Shown here piece by piece: positions 1 through 14,318 of a stretch of DNA of 64,000 nt. The notes under the pieces were generated by a model. That model saw only the letters and a list, made by a program, of their open reading frames with translations, made no database searches and was not told where the DNA came from. The translations under genes and the position numbers were made by a program. The stretch's first letter is position 1; the number at the start of each line of letters is the position of its first letter. This DNA is from Pecten maximus (taxonomy: Eukaryota): assembly GCF_902652985.1 (NCBI RefSeq), contig NC_047015.1:42470001-42534000 (forward strand), given 5' to 3'.

Positions 1-1223
1 AGAGGAGGGTTTGATTAAATCATTTAAAACTTAAAACTTTCTTATTGATTGCATTGTTCAAAAGACACACAAGATACAATGTGTATCAGTAGTTCAATGT
101 CGATGAAATTTTGTGTAGGTTAATTCATTATCTCAATTTAATAATTTTATCATTGTTTCTTACGATTACTGTTTAATATGAATTGTCATTATTTTAAGAA
201 GAACGTGAAGTAGATCTACTTTAACATTTACCAATAGGTAAATAATAAATGTCTTCATCAATTATTGATGTACGTACTTTAATTTACCGCTACTGATAAT
301 GATCAGACCTTGATTACAATAAAATGTTCCGGGATATGCCTCTATCAGCTTTTAATTGCGTCCCAGTTATCCTTTGAAATCAATCGAACTATGATATTTG
401 CATTGGTCTAGTCATTAACGTCAGGATCTATTTGGTCGCTCAATTAATACTACAATAGACGATATTTCTAAAGCGTCATCCGTCTTGTTGGAATGGGTCT
501 GTAAACACTGACCCTTTATCATATTACTGCCGCGGACTATGGTTTTGTTATGGTTTAAGTTAGTACTAAGCTCACGTGACTCACCAAATATGCATTTAAA
601 ACACATTTGATCATTGATCATCCCTCTATTTGTCAAATATTTCGTAATATGATGTCAAACAATACTAATCGGTTCTCTATGGATAAAATACATGATATTT
701 GACATACCTTTTCGCACATTCTCTTGTTGATGCATTTGTGAATTTAAAAAAAGGATTATCGTCCAACACTATCGGATGTTACAGTTTAAAACAGTTTGTT
801 TTTCACTGTTTCCCATACGCCCCTTCGTCAGGGCACTACATTACGAGACAATAAAGTAATCTGCTTAAACTTATAGGTAACTGTTTAAGAAAATATACGC
901 CAGTCGCAACTGATATTTTGACTAATATATAACTATCATTCATGTGCTTACACCTTCCTTCCAAAGCGGTATCAAAATAACATTTGTTTTGATGAAGGGT
1001 ATCGCGGCGTAGTACCCAATGTATGTAGATGGATAAGTATTGGTGCCGAATATTGTGGGACGAAGCCCCGACGAGATTTTTCGCAAAATACTTTCTGTTG
1101 TCATTAGTGATTTCTGAAGTGATTTGGTGTCCCGAAGACCGCGAGTTTGCGGTCATTATATACACTAGTGTATGTCATTCTGCTTTTTGATAATTTTTAC
1201 AGCTAGGCGATTTGATATCTTAG

Positions 1224-1693
1224 CTTATAGGGACCACGGAACCAAATGATTTCCCATAGACGGTAATGTTAACGTTTATCACTGTACTGCTTAAATGGAG
1301 TTTTCAACACTGGTCCAGTAGCGATAATTTTGAAGTATGTCATCTCGGAAACCTCTAAATTGAATTATAAAAAATTCTACCAATTTGAACATTTTTTATA
1401 TGGGGGCCGCCATCTTGTATTGAATTCAGCACCAAAAATTCATCTAAATTAACAACAAAATACACACTTACTTAACTCCCCATGACAAAAACAGGCTAGC
1501 AAAAAAATAACTGTTTTTCTATATATTTTACATCTACATGCATTGCCCAACCCACATATTAAAAATTTGGAAACTTCTCTCATCTAAATATCCAATTAGT
1601 AGGCCCCGATGTATTCACCTTCCTATTAAATCTTCTGCCCAAACGGGGAAAACCCACATTCTATTTTTGATTTGGTTCTGTGGTCCCTATAAG
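1224..1693. mobile_element. Probable non-autonomous DNA transposon (MITE-like) remnant bounded by a 24-bp inverted repeat
   Basis: cttatagggaccacggaaccaaat (1224-1247) is the reverse complement of atttggttctgtggtccctataag (1670-1693) with 1 mismatch. No coding capacity between them; true termini uncertain. Confidence 0.5.
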
Positions 1694-2884
1694 TTCACGG
1701 CCCAGACTGAACACGAGTTAAGTATTTCTATTTACACAACTTGATACATAGAAATGTCTAAGTTTTTCCAAAGGTTTAATTTTTGTAGAACCTATTGTTA
1801 TTGTAATTCACCTAATAGTATATATAACTGTTTAAATCTGTTCTATAAATGGTAAATACAGGGTGACAACTGGAATCATTAACACATTGTTATATAAAAT
1901 TTACAATATATATATACTGGTAGTTTTAAGGATTAAACAATAGAAATAAATATGCAAATAACGTAGGTATCAGATGCGGATATGTAAATGTTTGATGCTG
2001 AGAGTGCATGCACCATACGAAATCAAATTGGGAGACTTGTATTATTCTGTTTGGCCTTTTTATTCAATCGTGCCATAATATTCAGTTTGAAAAGTTAAAT
2101 TATTTTTTTTAAGTTTAATAAAAAGACAATATATACAAACAAACTGTAATGGCATCAGACACAGTCAGTTTCCATTATCACTTCTATTCACAAGTTTCTA
2201 AAACGCACTATACCATTATGTCACAGATTCTGCGGATAGGTTTTTATGTTGAAAATGATACTGCTCCAAATGCTCTGTTAAACGAACAGCCGTATCTGAA
2301 GTCATTCTAAGACAAAGACGTGTTTAACCTTAAATATAAATTTTATTTTCATTTTCCACGAAATCGTTATATCATATTATACAGCAAAAAACTGACGACA
2401 CAAGAGTACGATCACGTGGTGGTTTGATTTATTGTATAATCATGTAGACTACTCATTCTTACTTTAACATTATCAGACCCATTATAGACAATTAAACTCT
2501 CAGATATCGATCCGCTGCATTCAACACAGTTGATACACTACCATTATTGTAAATTTGTATTGGAAAATACTCTATCCAAAATTTCACTAAAAGCATCAAT
2601 TTATCATTATGTAATGACGGGTCTGAATGCTTGTGAAACGTATTCTTAACAGCATTACAAAATAGGTTCGATCCTAGGCCTTATTTGTCCTGAATATTTA
2701 CATAGATATTTAGTAACCTATTGTCATTATAATTGCGTTTCACCTACGATATCATTGCGGGGTAGACTATGTTAACATCACAACGTCAACATTTTGCTTT
2801 ATGTGATAGGTAAAAAAAAGGTTAATAATATTTCAAAATATTGCTTATCTGGAGTATCGTTTTATCATATTTCGCCTTCGAATA

Positions 2885-3148
2885 ATCAATTTTGAGTTCG
2901 ATTTACAACTTTGTTCACACATTGAATCAACTTCTGCGTGAATGTTGTAAATTCTTCAACAGAAGTGTTAGTAAGAAATGTCTCTTGTTGGCCCTGTTGA
3001 AAACGCGCCATGGGTCTTTTTATTGGTGGGAACTGGAGTACCCGGAGACAACCACGTGGTCGAGCAGGTGACCCCATACCTTTTCACCTCGATCGGGAAA
3101 TCGAACCCCGGTCACCTAAGTGAAAGGAAAGTGTGAATACTATTTGTG
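2885..3148 (-). mobile_element. tRNA-derived SINE with V-domain-like core
   Basis: Minus strand has B-box-like GGTTCGATTTCCC followed by GGTTGTCTCCGGGTACTCCAGTTCCCACC (V-SINE-like core) and an AT-rich tail. Same family as 41860-42035 and 47245-47420. Confidence 0.65.
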
Positions 3149-3159
3149 ATGATCCTCTC

Positions 3160-3263
3160 GAACCCGGGTAAGGCGTAAGATCAGTAGTGATATTACGTTG
3201 TTATAGGAACCCGTTTGTGTGGTGACAAAGAGCTGACACATACTTTCAGGATGGCAGGTCCAT
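3160..3263 (-). pseudogene. 5' remnant of a Cys-loop receptor paralog (start codon, signal peptide, first helix), truncated next to a SINE
   Basis: Aligns with the 5' end of 9093-10262. The frameshifted translation LFVTTQTGSYNNVISL matches HFVKTQAGSYDNMVSL. ATG at 3263; upstream promoter homology includes a 17-nt exact match to the gene 2 TATA block. Confidence 0.75.
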
Positions 3264-6200
3264 AAATAATGATTTCAGCGTTTATACGTACCTTCGATGT
3301 CTTGGCTAGTATCGTCAATATTAATACTGGTCTTTATATTCATCATCGGTCTGATTTAGTTCAATACACTATATCTATTACAATAACAATTTGTTTGGTT
3401 GTTGTACATCGCATCTGGTCATCAACTGTGTATGCAACAGGGACAAGATCAACTGAACGCTAAGTGTAATATCTCGTTGTTTGCAATGACTTCTACAAAC
3501 AGAAGTGTACCTGAAAGTATGTACTAAAAATAGAAACCATTAACATTACCTCATGACGTACATCATATTAGAGATGTAGTTATTGCTACCAAGAGACATA
3601 TGTTCCATCACATACTCTCAGTATGAGCCCGTTATTAGGAAGTTGTATTGGTCAGGCGTACAGGCACTTTATATTTAACGGAACTTATGGACAACTTCCG
3701 AATGGTAGTGTGTATGGAAGTATAATCTAATTGCGTGTTTTCCGATGGTTAGGTTTATATACTTTGCTATATTTTACCAGTGAATATTTTGAATGTCCAC
3801 TTAGCTAAAAACTTCATGACATGACTAGAAATGAATATGACGTCGAAAATTATGCTATTGATTTCCACGCTAGATTCTTTTTCTTCATTGTCTTTAAAAA
3901 AGCAAAACGTATGGTCCAGCCAATATTAAATCTATACATTGCATTTGTATGTCACAATATACCGATATTTTCTTTGAAATCATTGATATTCTGCTATACT
4001 CTAAAACCATGCAATATCGTCTTTGACGTGATTAATTATTACTGCAAAACTTCACGCAGCATTGTAATAGTGTAATTGTGATACCTAGAGAGATATACAT
4101 ATCTCCTTATTGTTCTACATGGTTATGGCAATATCAAAGAATATTTCTCCCATGTAAAGTAATCATAATAGTATAAGAACATGCAGACATGTCCTGAAAC
4201 TGTATACTATTAATTGTGAATGTAATTTAGTCACGGATACATGCATATCTACGATTTTATTATATGGACAAACGCTACATAGAAACATCTTCCTGGCTCT
4301 AATCTCAACTCGGGGAGAGATAATCAACGTGTCTTAACGATATCGGATATCGATTCCAAGAAAACATACAACGTTGTAAGTACTAGCAGCGTGAAGAGCT
4401 TTTTCGGTCAATTGTTTCTATTTCTAAGCCGCATTTAATTATGACACCTGGCAGAGTATTTGACGTAGCATACTGTAGATATGTTTAACATACAAATAAC
4501 AATGTCTGGTTCGAATGATTCATTGCATCTCAACTTTGGTGTAGCCAAACTTAAATTGTAATCGATATGTGAATGATTATCTGTTAATTAAAAAAATCAG
4601 TAATTTGAGAAGTCAAAATACCTTCACTCTTCTTAACATGAACGTATTGTACAGACAAATTGATGCAAACATTCTCAAACATATCTTTTATCTCTGAAGT
4701 AACCAAATTATCATAAAGCCTCTTCTACAAATGTGATTCATCATTCCAAATGTCCGTGGTACCGATATCCTGTGACACACGCGGTAAAACCTAAGATAAG
4801 ACAATCAATAGAATTTACTGACTGAATCAAATAACTGTCAAGGGACTCAATGCATGTTTTAGTTTAATTTGTTATTCCTCATTAGAAGTGGAACATAAGG
4901 TTTATGGCTAGTAGGTTCTACTCCTTGGTAAGCATTGGTGTTTTTTAAATTTTATTCTAATGGTCTTGCTGTTTGCAGAAAGCATTGATGGCAATGTAAA
5001 ACGTTCTGTAGTTCATTTTTACATGTTTTCCCTTATTCTTTTGATATCAGCTAGCATTCTGTAATTAACACAGAACAGTTCACCAGTAAATGCTAATGCA
5101 CAAAACTACGGATTTTACTTTTTTTGTCTAGGTTATCTGTGATAACTATCATTTTGAGGGATTGTGGCAAGAGTTCGAGGTGGTTTGAATGAACTTGAAT
5201 CTTGCACACAAATTATTCACGGAGTATAAACGGTAGCTGAATTGTGACACAAAAAGGCGATGTACGTCAACAATAAAGCAAGGTGGGGGAGGGGAGGAGG
5301 GGGGGGGGGGGGGGGTATTATAACGTTGATCTAATCCGCGAAAACAATGGACACCATGTAAACTAAGTTACTGTAACTTTTGTTATTTTTATTTATATTT
5401 ATATTGCGTTGTTTATACACATGTCTGACAACAACTATCAATGTCTTTAAAACTTGTCTGTAAGTGTTTAGACAAAGTTCAGAATACACTGTTAACAAAC
5501 GCTACAGGCATGATAACGAAACCATAATTCCTATTCAAAATCAATATCAATAACACAAGGCATAAATAAGAATAAATGTATTTCTACCACAATATATGCA
5601 TTTTATTCAACTCCCAAGGCATTAAATAATCATTACAACTGTTGAATAATATTACGTTTATACCACACTTGGAATAAACCCTTAATGCGTTTTGATTAGT
5701 TAACACGGTGACCTTTGAACGGGACTATAATTTATTCACGTGATTCAATGCGATCTGATTGGCTAACACTTGAAAACCGCTTCACGATGTCCCAGAAATG
5801 ATAACGCACAAGAAGTAGTTCGCAGGTTTTTTTTTTGTGTGTGTTATTTTCCCTGAAAAAATATATATTTAGACTAATATGCTATACGGTTATTAAATTA
5901 GAAGACATGGACACAAGATCACTGTAAGTGTTTTTGTATTTATTATTTTGTATCGATCAGTCATACACATTTCAAGCTGTAGTGCTACACAATGATTGAA
6001 AGCCACGAAGAAAACATTTTATATCTAACTTCGTATTTAAAAATGATTTTCATACACTTACATTTTGTAAAAACCATTAAAGCAGAACACATAGCACTTT
6101 TAAGGTTTACTTGAATATATATCATTACAAACAATGAGGGCCATCCTTTAGGGACATGAGCTGCCGTTACAGATCTCAGTGCTTAAAAACTAATTGGCGT

Positions 6201-6387
6201 ATAATATTCCGAAATAAATCGATTGGTGATATTTACTCTACAGATAAACATTGACATCGATCTACACACAATGCATGAAAACCTTTTCTCACTACCGCAA
6301 TTTTGTCAATGTTTTAAATACTCAGAATAGTATGATGTTTGCTTTTTGGTTAAAAGCAATGCTTGTCATTTATTATGATTTCTTCTG

Positions 6388-6722
6388 ATATATCGATTAA
6401 ACGACACATGTAAGGCATTCATATAGCGATTAAACGACACAGATAAGACATTAATATATCGATTAAACGACTTAGGTAAGGCGTTCATATATCAATTAAA
6501 CGAGACAGGTAAGGCATTCATATATCGATTAAACGACACAGGTAAGACATTCATATATCAATTAAACGACTTAGGTAAGGCATTCATATATCGATTAAAC
6601 GACATAGGTAAAGCATTCATATATCAATTAAACGGCATCGGTAAGACATTCATATATCAATTAAACGACACAGGTAAGACATTAATGTATCGATTAAACG
6701 ACACAGATAAGACATTCATATT
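6388..6722. repeat. 33-bp minisatellite, ~10 copies
   Basis: Unit approximately tatcgattaaacgacacaggtaagacattcata, in tandem with substitutions. Confidence 0.95.
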
Positions 6723-9092
6723 TTCGAAGTATACGCGTCGTCAATATAATTTTCACTGTATTATTTCACATTAAAATCACTTCCGAAATGTTACCCTATA
6801 TATGAATACTTTGGAAAGTACAATGAAAATATATGTATTTAAAAGTGGTTGTTATTGACACAAACGAGTTGACTAATACAAATACTTCTTTCTGATTAAT
6901 GGTTATTTACTTACCATATAGAGTATCATTTCACCCCTTCGTAGTATATTGAATGGAGGGTCAACAATATGTTAAATGACTTGGCTTGATTTTGTCTTGG
7001 CTTACAATCTTACAAAAACTTTGTTGAGTATAGTGATAACCGTTTTCCAGCAGACAATTCGCATACTAATAGGAACAAACCAAGCTATTTAAGTGCTGAT
7101 GTATTATAGGAATGTATTCCATGTATGTTTCCAAGTAGGAGTGAGCTAGGCATCCACACACTTGCTCCAAATGAGATAGATTTCAAAATTTAAGCAAGTA
7201 GGTTAGAGTGTAGCAGGCCCATTTCAAGATAGAAAACTAGAAATATTTCCACGGCCACAATAATGATCTTAGTTTGGTCTTAATGATTACATCAGATGGT
7301 CAACTGGAAATCATCGAAACGAAACCAAAAAAAAACCAAAAAAAACCCAACCACCAGAAAATACCAACATGTTAAGATACCTTCATTTTAAGTGAGAAGC
7401 GAGGACAAAACACGAAAAAAATATTTTAGGCGGAGTCCCTTGAATAATACCAGGAGCTCCGGGGGTGTAAGCGTCCTCTGCTTCAACGATACCCGTCATA
7501 TGTAAATCTACGTTGGATCGCGGTTAAATAATATAAATCACCTCCTGAAAGCGAAAAAAAGTGGTGAAAACGGACCAACCAGGTATATAAACTAGAATTA
7601 GTTTTTCCGTCTTTTGTCGACATCTGTTACCGAAACACCATATCTTTGGGGAATATTTTGATCGCTATGACATCATTTCCTGTATGGACACTTTGTCATA
7701 GTATCGCCGATGTCAACTCCACTGCTATGTTTGTACTTCGTAGTATACCAATGCTGTTTTGCGATGATGACAGAATGTCTTAAGTAACAAACACATGAGC
7801 ATAATGAAGTGCAACAAATTTAGTATTTTACGAGAAAAAGTGTTATAATTTATGTCACAGACGAGTTATATATTAAAACAATATACAGTGTATAGTATAT
7901 CACCATAATGGGCATGACATATTTCATAAAACAGAGAAATCTTTTTTTTGAGACAATGATTTTCAGAAAATTAAATGTGTACAGCTGTTGTATGGAAAAT
8001 GTGCAGTTTTCCGTGCTTGTTATTTATATTCTTATAATAATGTGAAAATTGTTATTGGTGTAAGACCATATTGTATTATTGTTAACGATGTATCTATTAC
8101 ATGTACTTATAGACGTATAGACTTGAGATTTGAGAAGCACACTTAAATGTGAATTTATTATCCATACAGTGTATGATGAGTTACGAACAAATGCAGTATT
8201 GCTACACAATTCACTACTCACAATTACGCAGATATCTATTGATGTATTTCATAAATTTGATACTCTTTTAGTTTTTTTTTTCTAATTCATAACATTTATT
8301 CTAATCATGCGATATACGAAACGATGTCCAAAGAGACATACTTGGTCTTCTGTACCCTTTCGTTCCGGAGTAAACATAGTACATGTATTATTAAATAGTA
8401 CTGACACACATGCATTTGGTAACCTGTCCTGTTATTTCTAACATTTAAAGAATTTTACAATTTAAATAGTTGTCATTTACAATAGGTATAATGTTGTCGT
8501 TTTATTTTGGAACGCTGTATCATCAAATCAGATATCAGTAAGTAGAAGATGCTGGCTCTGTCGGAGCACCTTGTCTTAGTCTTTTACTTTTTACAAAAGT
8601 TTCCATACAAATCTATAGATCTTTTACATGTATACATTTAGCCCCCTTTTCATCGAATTTTAGGTTGAATAATGTTTTTGTTGTTTCTTTGCTATTTCTG
8701 TTGACTAAAACTTTAACATTTTCGACAGACATGTCAATGTTTAAGATTCGATGACCATTGTTTATATGTAATCCATCGGTAAATGAAGCAATATGTCTAT
8801 GATGTACTTTAATGATTTTATATGTTATCTTCCTCGAAATGCTCAATTTACAAATAAAACAAAACGTTCTCTGTTGAAATAAAACACGTATAATTATTTG
8901 AAATTCAGATAGAACATTACAACTTGCAAATAAAAACAGAAAATATATGTCAATCTTAATTGGTCTCAAGATTGATTTCTTACACTCTCCTAAAAGCTCC
9001 CTTTAACTTATTTACAAAATAATTACCATGAGCTCAGTCGATGTCTATACATCAGATACTTAAATGAATAAGTGTCAAGACAATGACGTACA

Positions 9093-10262
9093 TCATAGTC
9101 GGTAGGAAATTCTCACAACATTGACAATAGTCTCAGTAAGGGTAGCAACAGAATAGAAAACAACGAACGCAACGTCCAAACGCTTCCCTATATGTAGCCA
9201 GGTAACAACATTATTTTCACCAGGTAATTGCATCATATCCGCCTCGTTCTTCTCTGCCTCCACTCGTCTCGGCTGTAGTTTACAACAGTATAGTAACCAG
9301 TAAGGGATTGGTTTATCTTCATTGTTTTTATAAGCGCACAGAGTTATAATCACGGACAATACAATCAGAGCGCTGATGATCAATCTTACCATTAAAGAAA
9401 TTGTAAAAATAGACACCGGGTCACTTGTGTTTGGGATACTGTCCGACATTATAGTCATGTACATTGTCAGGGTTAAAAGCATTGTTGTTGCGAAGGACAC
9501 TCTCTCCCCGGAATCTGCTGGCAGAAAAAACGCCAGTAGGGTAACGAAATTCAACAGACAAACGGGCAGCATGATTGTGTATAACAGGTATGTTGGTCGC
9601 CTCTCAACAGAGTATGATATAACAATGGTTGCAGAATAGTTGCCGGGAATATATTTCCAAATTCCTGTTCGCGATACAATCCAAAACAAATTTTCAGTTA
9701 AGTCCAAGTTTTCGGCTTGAGGATTTATATTCAAGTCAATAACTGTATACGGCTCCATTACTGTGAAATATAAGCTACAGTTGTGAACATCGTACGGGTA
9801 GTAGGTGATATCCGGTGAGCATGAAGATGTCAAAATTTTATTGTAAATAGCAGCAGAATATCCGGAACTGTAAGTAGTGATAGATGATGTCGCTGTTATC
9901 AATTCACTGTCTACACCACTGGACAAGACAATGGCCGGGCTCCAAACCTGAGATGTAGAGAAATAAGATGTTTTGATGTTGTCATAATTGGCAGGATTCC
10001 AATATAATTTTCCGTCCAACCATCCTAGGTAGATAGACGCCAGTACAGTGAATTTTCCCGCAACTGCGTCGAATTCGTGAAAATACGCCGTCGAGTACAT
10101 GAATGATATGTCCATGGCGTTGTCCTGATTTTGTACAGGGCGTATGTTCTTGCTGTAGTTTGAGAGAAGATCGGTATGGAGTGATACCATATTGTCATAA
10201 GATCCCGCTTGTGTTTTTACAAAGTGGTGCCAAACAAATACTGCCAGGATGTAGACTTCCAT
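9093..10262 (-). CDS. Single-exon Cys-loop ligand-gated ion channel subunit, nAChR-like non-alpha type (array gene 1, intact, 389 aa)
   Basis: Signal peptide; RP motif; WxD and VWSP motifs; Cys-loop CSPDITYYPYDVHNC (C-x13-C); ERRP pre-M1; M2 SGERVSFATTMLLTLTMYM; short M3-M4 loop; M4. No loop C CC. Confidence 0.95.
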   Translation of the reverse strand: MEVYILAVFVWHHFVKTQAGSYDNMVSLHTDLLSNYSKNIRPVQNQDNAMDISFMYSTAYFHEFDAVAGKFTVLASIYLGWLDGKLYWNPANYDNIKTSYFSTSQVWSPAIVLSSGVDSELITATSSITTYSSGYSAAIYNKILTSSCSPDITYYPYDVHNCSLYFTVMEPYTVIDLNINPQAENLDLTENLFWIVSRTGIWKYIPGNYSATIVISYSVERRPTYLLYTIMLPVCLLNFVTLLAFFLPADSGERVSFATTMLLTLTMYMTIMSDSIPNTSDPVSIFTISLMVRLIISALIVLSVIITLCAYKNNEDKPIPYWLLYCCKLQPRRVEAEKNEADMMQLPGENNVVTWLHIGKRLDVAFVVFYSVATLTETIVNVVRISYRL

Positions 10263-10354
10263 AGTTAGTTCCTTCTAAATACAATCCACGATTTACCCAC
10301 GAAGTTTACCGCAAGTGTCACAGACGTTATGTCGACCTGACTGCCGCACTAGTG

Positions 10355-10360
10355 TTTATA
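10355..10360 (-). promoter_or_regulatory. Putative TATA box of array gene 1
   Basis: TATAAA on the minus strand 93-98 nt upstream of the ATG. Positionally matched TATAAA upstream of genes 2 and 3 and the 3.2-kb remnant. Confidence 0.5.
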
Positions 10361-10819
10361 CGATACATCACTTATGATAGTCAATATTTAAGCATCGGTT
10401 AACATCGCCTACAATAGCACTGAACTCTGACTGTGTAGTACCTATTCCTTGCAAAATCAACGCAACACCTAATACAATACATCGTTGTTTGCAATAGTCA
10501 TTATAATTTAAACGGGTCCAAAGCCTTATTACCGATATTGATGTACACAGCACGATCTACATAGCCGTAGTGGTATGTTCTTATCTCTGCAGTATAATGT
10601 GTATCTGAAATTCACATTTATTACCATTTAAAAACATAAAACATACACTACAGCCTTACCGATTATAATACTCTTTGACCAAACAGGAACTCCTCGAAGT
10701 TTGAATCATAATAGTTTATACTTCTCTGTTGGCAATGCTAGGATTTAGGTTATTTTCTATCAAATATATATTTATCTACTTAACAAATAAGACCACATAA
10801 GACAAATGTCTTTGAAAGA

Positions 10820-11055
10820 TCGGGGTTTTAACGGACGTTTTAATAGTATCGCACAATAAATGTCATGCACTAGACACGTTAGTCCCGAGCCGGTCAAATT
10901 ATAAACTGACAACGGACAAACTAGTCGTCACCGCCAACCTAACTCAAACTGGACATCAAACAAGGCAAACCATCAAATATGACATACCTTGGTTAACCAC
11001 TCAGTCTGGATACAGAACCCTAAACCCGCTTGCAGGGGCGAACGCCCAACTAAAG
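10820..11055 (-). mobile_element. Degenerate SINE-like repeat
   Basis: tRNA-like head on the minus strand (plus strand reads ...gatacagaaccc...caggggcgaacgcccaact). A related head fragment lies on the plus strand at ~16999-17050. Confidence 0.4.
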
Positions 11056-13044
11056 CATATATCGTAAAATGCGACTAAAAGTGTGATTCCTCCGATGGCT
11101 TTTCCTCAGGGGAAATCGGCTAACCTAAGAATAAGGTTTGACGTCTCCCAACATATTTCGTTGAATATGTAACCAACATAGATTTGCTAGTCCCATTACT
11201 AGATTTGGAATTTTTATCTTTTACAATCTCTCTTATCTTTTCCTTTCTGTGCTCTTCCATTGAATTTCTTCTTCATATTGTCCTTTTTCTTGGAATTTGA
11301 ACACCGTAAAAGGAAACAAACAGATTTTATGCAGAAAGGAACTTATTTTAACGCATACGTAATGTAAACCATTACATATAGTATAATGGCTATGATCTAT
11401 TGATGTAGGCACTTTGAACTTTTATTACATTGAGCGACGCTTAAAAGCTAATTGGCGTATAATATTCCGGGTGGAGCCTACGTTAGCTTTGCATAATGCC
11501 GGGATGATTCTTTGAAATAAATCGAAAGAGAATACACATGGTCTTATCCATTAACATTAGAATCGATCTAGACAAGCACAACATTAACGATTATCTCGGC
11601 GTGATCGTCAATACGCTATTTATGTAGGGATCTACAAACAATTTCTTATGACCACCGTTTTGTCAGTACTTTTAGTGCACGTTTACCTCAGAATATCGTA
11701 GTGTTCTATCTGTCTGAGCTTAGCAAACATGGTGAATAAAATTAAAAACATAAGAAACGTGATCATTTGTGATTATTGCCTTTAATTCAATTGACATAGC
11801 TTTGCTTTGAAATGAACAAAATGTTGAATGGTTGTGCGATATGTTTGGTCGTTTTACCCATGACACTCGAGATAATCAGCAATATTGAACTCAAGACAGA
11901 AAAGGATTTCGTGGGAACATATCCTTCTAAGGCAGATGGAGCGCTTCCCTTGTAGTTTTTAATTTCGTCGTTTTTTGTTATGTCCGCACGGTATGTTTTG
12001 CCCATAGGTGTGCCTTGTGAAGTTCACAACTAACCAGTTTCTCGCTTTGATCAAGTAGCATATTAAACTTAACTAAGATTTGCAGGGTGTGTGTCGTCAA
12101 AGAAACACTTCTTGGGATCCAAAACACTAGGTTTTACTCGTGTTTTTACGTATCAATTTATTTTCTCATTAAGACTTTATATTTTTGCGTCGCCTTGTTT
12201 CGTAGATGTAAAAAAATCGACAAAAGTCTATTTGTAATGTCGATGTTATTTCTCTTTATATAAATATCCTAGGAATCAAAATATTTTTATTCGAATCTGG
12301 TAGTAATGTCTGATTTTCTACTTTATTTTTTCATAATTAATATTTAGCATCTTAAAGAGGAAGTTTCAGTATAACTCTCATTGCCTTGACATCCAATTTT
12401 GAAATAAATTGATATACTGATAGGGTTTGATTGATTTATCGATGTACAAACACAAAGGCTTACCTATAACAAGATTGAATAAAAATGAGAACATTTTAAT
12501 TTGTCAATAGATGTATTTCCGTTAATACATTATTATGTTGTGCTATAAAAGCAATGTGCAGTGTAACTGAATTTGCCGCTACCATTTTTTCCCATCCGGC
12601 GGTTTTCAATTTCCATGATAAGATTTAAACCTCATGTTTGAAGATCTAAATTACTTTTAAATTTCCACTATTTAAAACAAAAGTGAACAATATTGTAAAA
12701 GTCAATGCATTGACAGTTATTTTGAAACGTCCTGTTTGAAATGGTAAAATCCTTCCGTACAACAAGCAAAACCATACTTATAAACAGATATGATTTAAAT
12801 GATCATTAAGGTTTTTAAAATATTTGAAATTTCTGTAACAAGATGCAAATTATAATGGTATGCCAATTAAAAGTGGCCATGCGGATCTTTATGTATTTTG
12901 AAATTTCCGATAAAAACTCTCTTTGAACTTAATCACCATGTAATTATTATGACCAGTCTTTGTTCCTGTATTTCATACTTCATTAAAGGCAAATGCAAAG
13001 AAGATGTTACATCAAAGTCGAAGATACAAAGAAGAAAAGTTACA

Positions 13045-14215
13045 TCACAAACGGTAAGAAATCTTCACAACATTTACAACAGTCTCAGTAATAGTCACGA
13101 CAAGGTACAAAATAAAGAATGCTATATCCAGGCGTCTCCCTAGGGATCGCCAAGTGGCAACAGTACCACGTAAGCTCAACTTATCATTAGTTTACATCGT
13201 CCTTCTCTCCCTCCACTCGTCCTGGCCTAAGTTTGCAGCAGTATAGTAACCATATAGGGATAGGTTTGTCGTCATTAGTGTTGTAAACGCACAGAGTTAT
13301 AATCACGGTCAACACAATCAGAGCGCTAATGATCAGTTTAATCATCAGAGAAACCGTGAGAATGGACACTGGGTCACTGGTGTTTGGGATACTGTCCGAC
13401 ATTATGGTCATGTACATTGTCAAAGTTAAAAGCATTGTAGTGGCGAACGACACTCTCTCCCCGGAATCCGCTGGCAGAATAAACGCCAGTAGGGTAACGA
13501 AATTCAACAGACAAACGGGCAACATTATTGTGTATAACAAGTATGTTGGTCGCCTTTCGAATGAGTATGATATAATTATATTTGAAGAGTAGTTGTTCAG
13601 AATGTGCTTTTCTATTCGATTCCTCGATGATACCCAAAGCAAGTTATGAGATCTGTCATTGTTTTCGCCCTGTGGATCAAGTTTAAGGTCAATGACTGTA
13701 TACGGTTCCATTACTGTGAAATATAAACTACAGTTGTGGACATCGTACGGGTAGTAGGTGATATCCGGTGAGCATGCCGATGTTACCATTTTAGAGTAAA
13801 TAGCGAAAGAATATCCGGAACTGGCAACTGTGATAGATGATGTCGCTGTGATAATTTCAGTGTCTACACCACTGGACAAGGTAAGGACTGGTGACCATAC
13901 CTGAGATGTAGAGAAATAAGATGTTTGGATGTTTCCGTACTTGGAAGGATTCCAGGTTAATTTTCCATCGAACCAGCCAAGATAAATAGCCGCTAGTACA
14001 GTAAATTTTCCCGCGACTGCATCGAACTCGTACAAATACGGCATAGTGTATATAAACGTTATACTCATGGTGTGATCCTGATTTAGTATAGGACGAATAT
14101 TCCTGGAGTAGTTTGACAAAAGGGTGGTATGAAGGGACGCCATGTTGTCATAGGATCCTGCTCGTGTGCTTACGAAGAGGTGACATAAAACTACTGTCAT
14201 GAAGTTATTTGCCAT
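13045..14215 (-). pseudogene. Single-exon Cys-loop subunit (array gene 2), one frameshift in the M3-M4 loop; recent pseudogene or assembly error
   Basis: The 342-aa ORF closely resembles gene 1 and stops at 13187. An intact M4 (TWRSLGRRLDIAFFILYLVVTITETVVNVVKISYRL*) continues in another frame to TGA at 13045. Confidence 0.9.
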
Positions 14216-14318
14216 AATTGCTACGTTCTAAACACCACATACAAATAAAGATTCACCTAGAACGTTTGCTGTCAAAGTCGTCAAAAGCAGTGATGTCGAT
14301 CTTAATTTGATACTGGTC

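Noticed and set aside
6388-6722. 33-bp repeats of CRISPR-like length
   Set aside because: Head-to-tail with no unique spacers, no cas genes, eukaryotic context.
13180-13195. 16-nt GT...AG segment (gtaaactaatgataag) whose removal would restore the gene 2 frame
   Set aside because: Far below the minimum metazoan spliceosomal intron size and absent from paralogs; a simple indel is more parsimonious.
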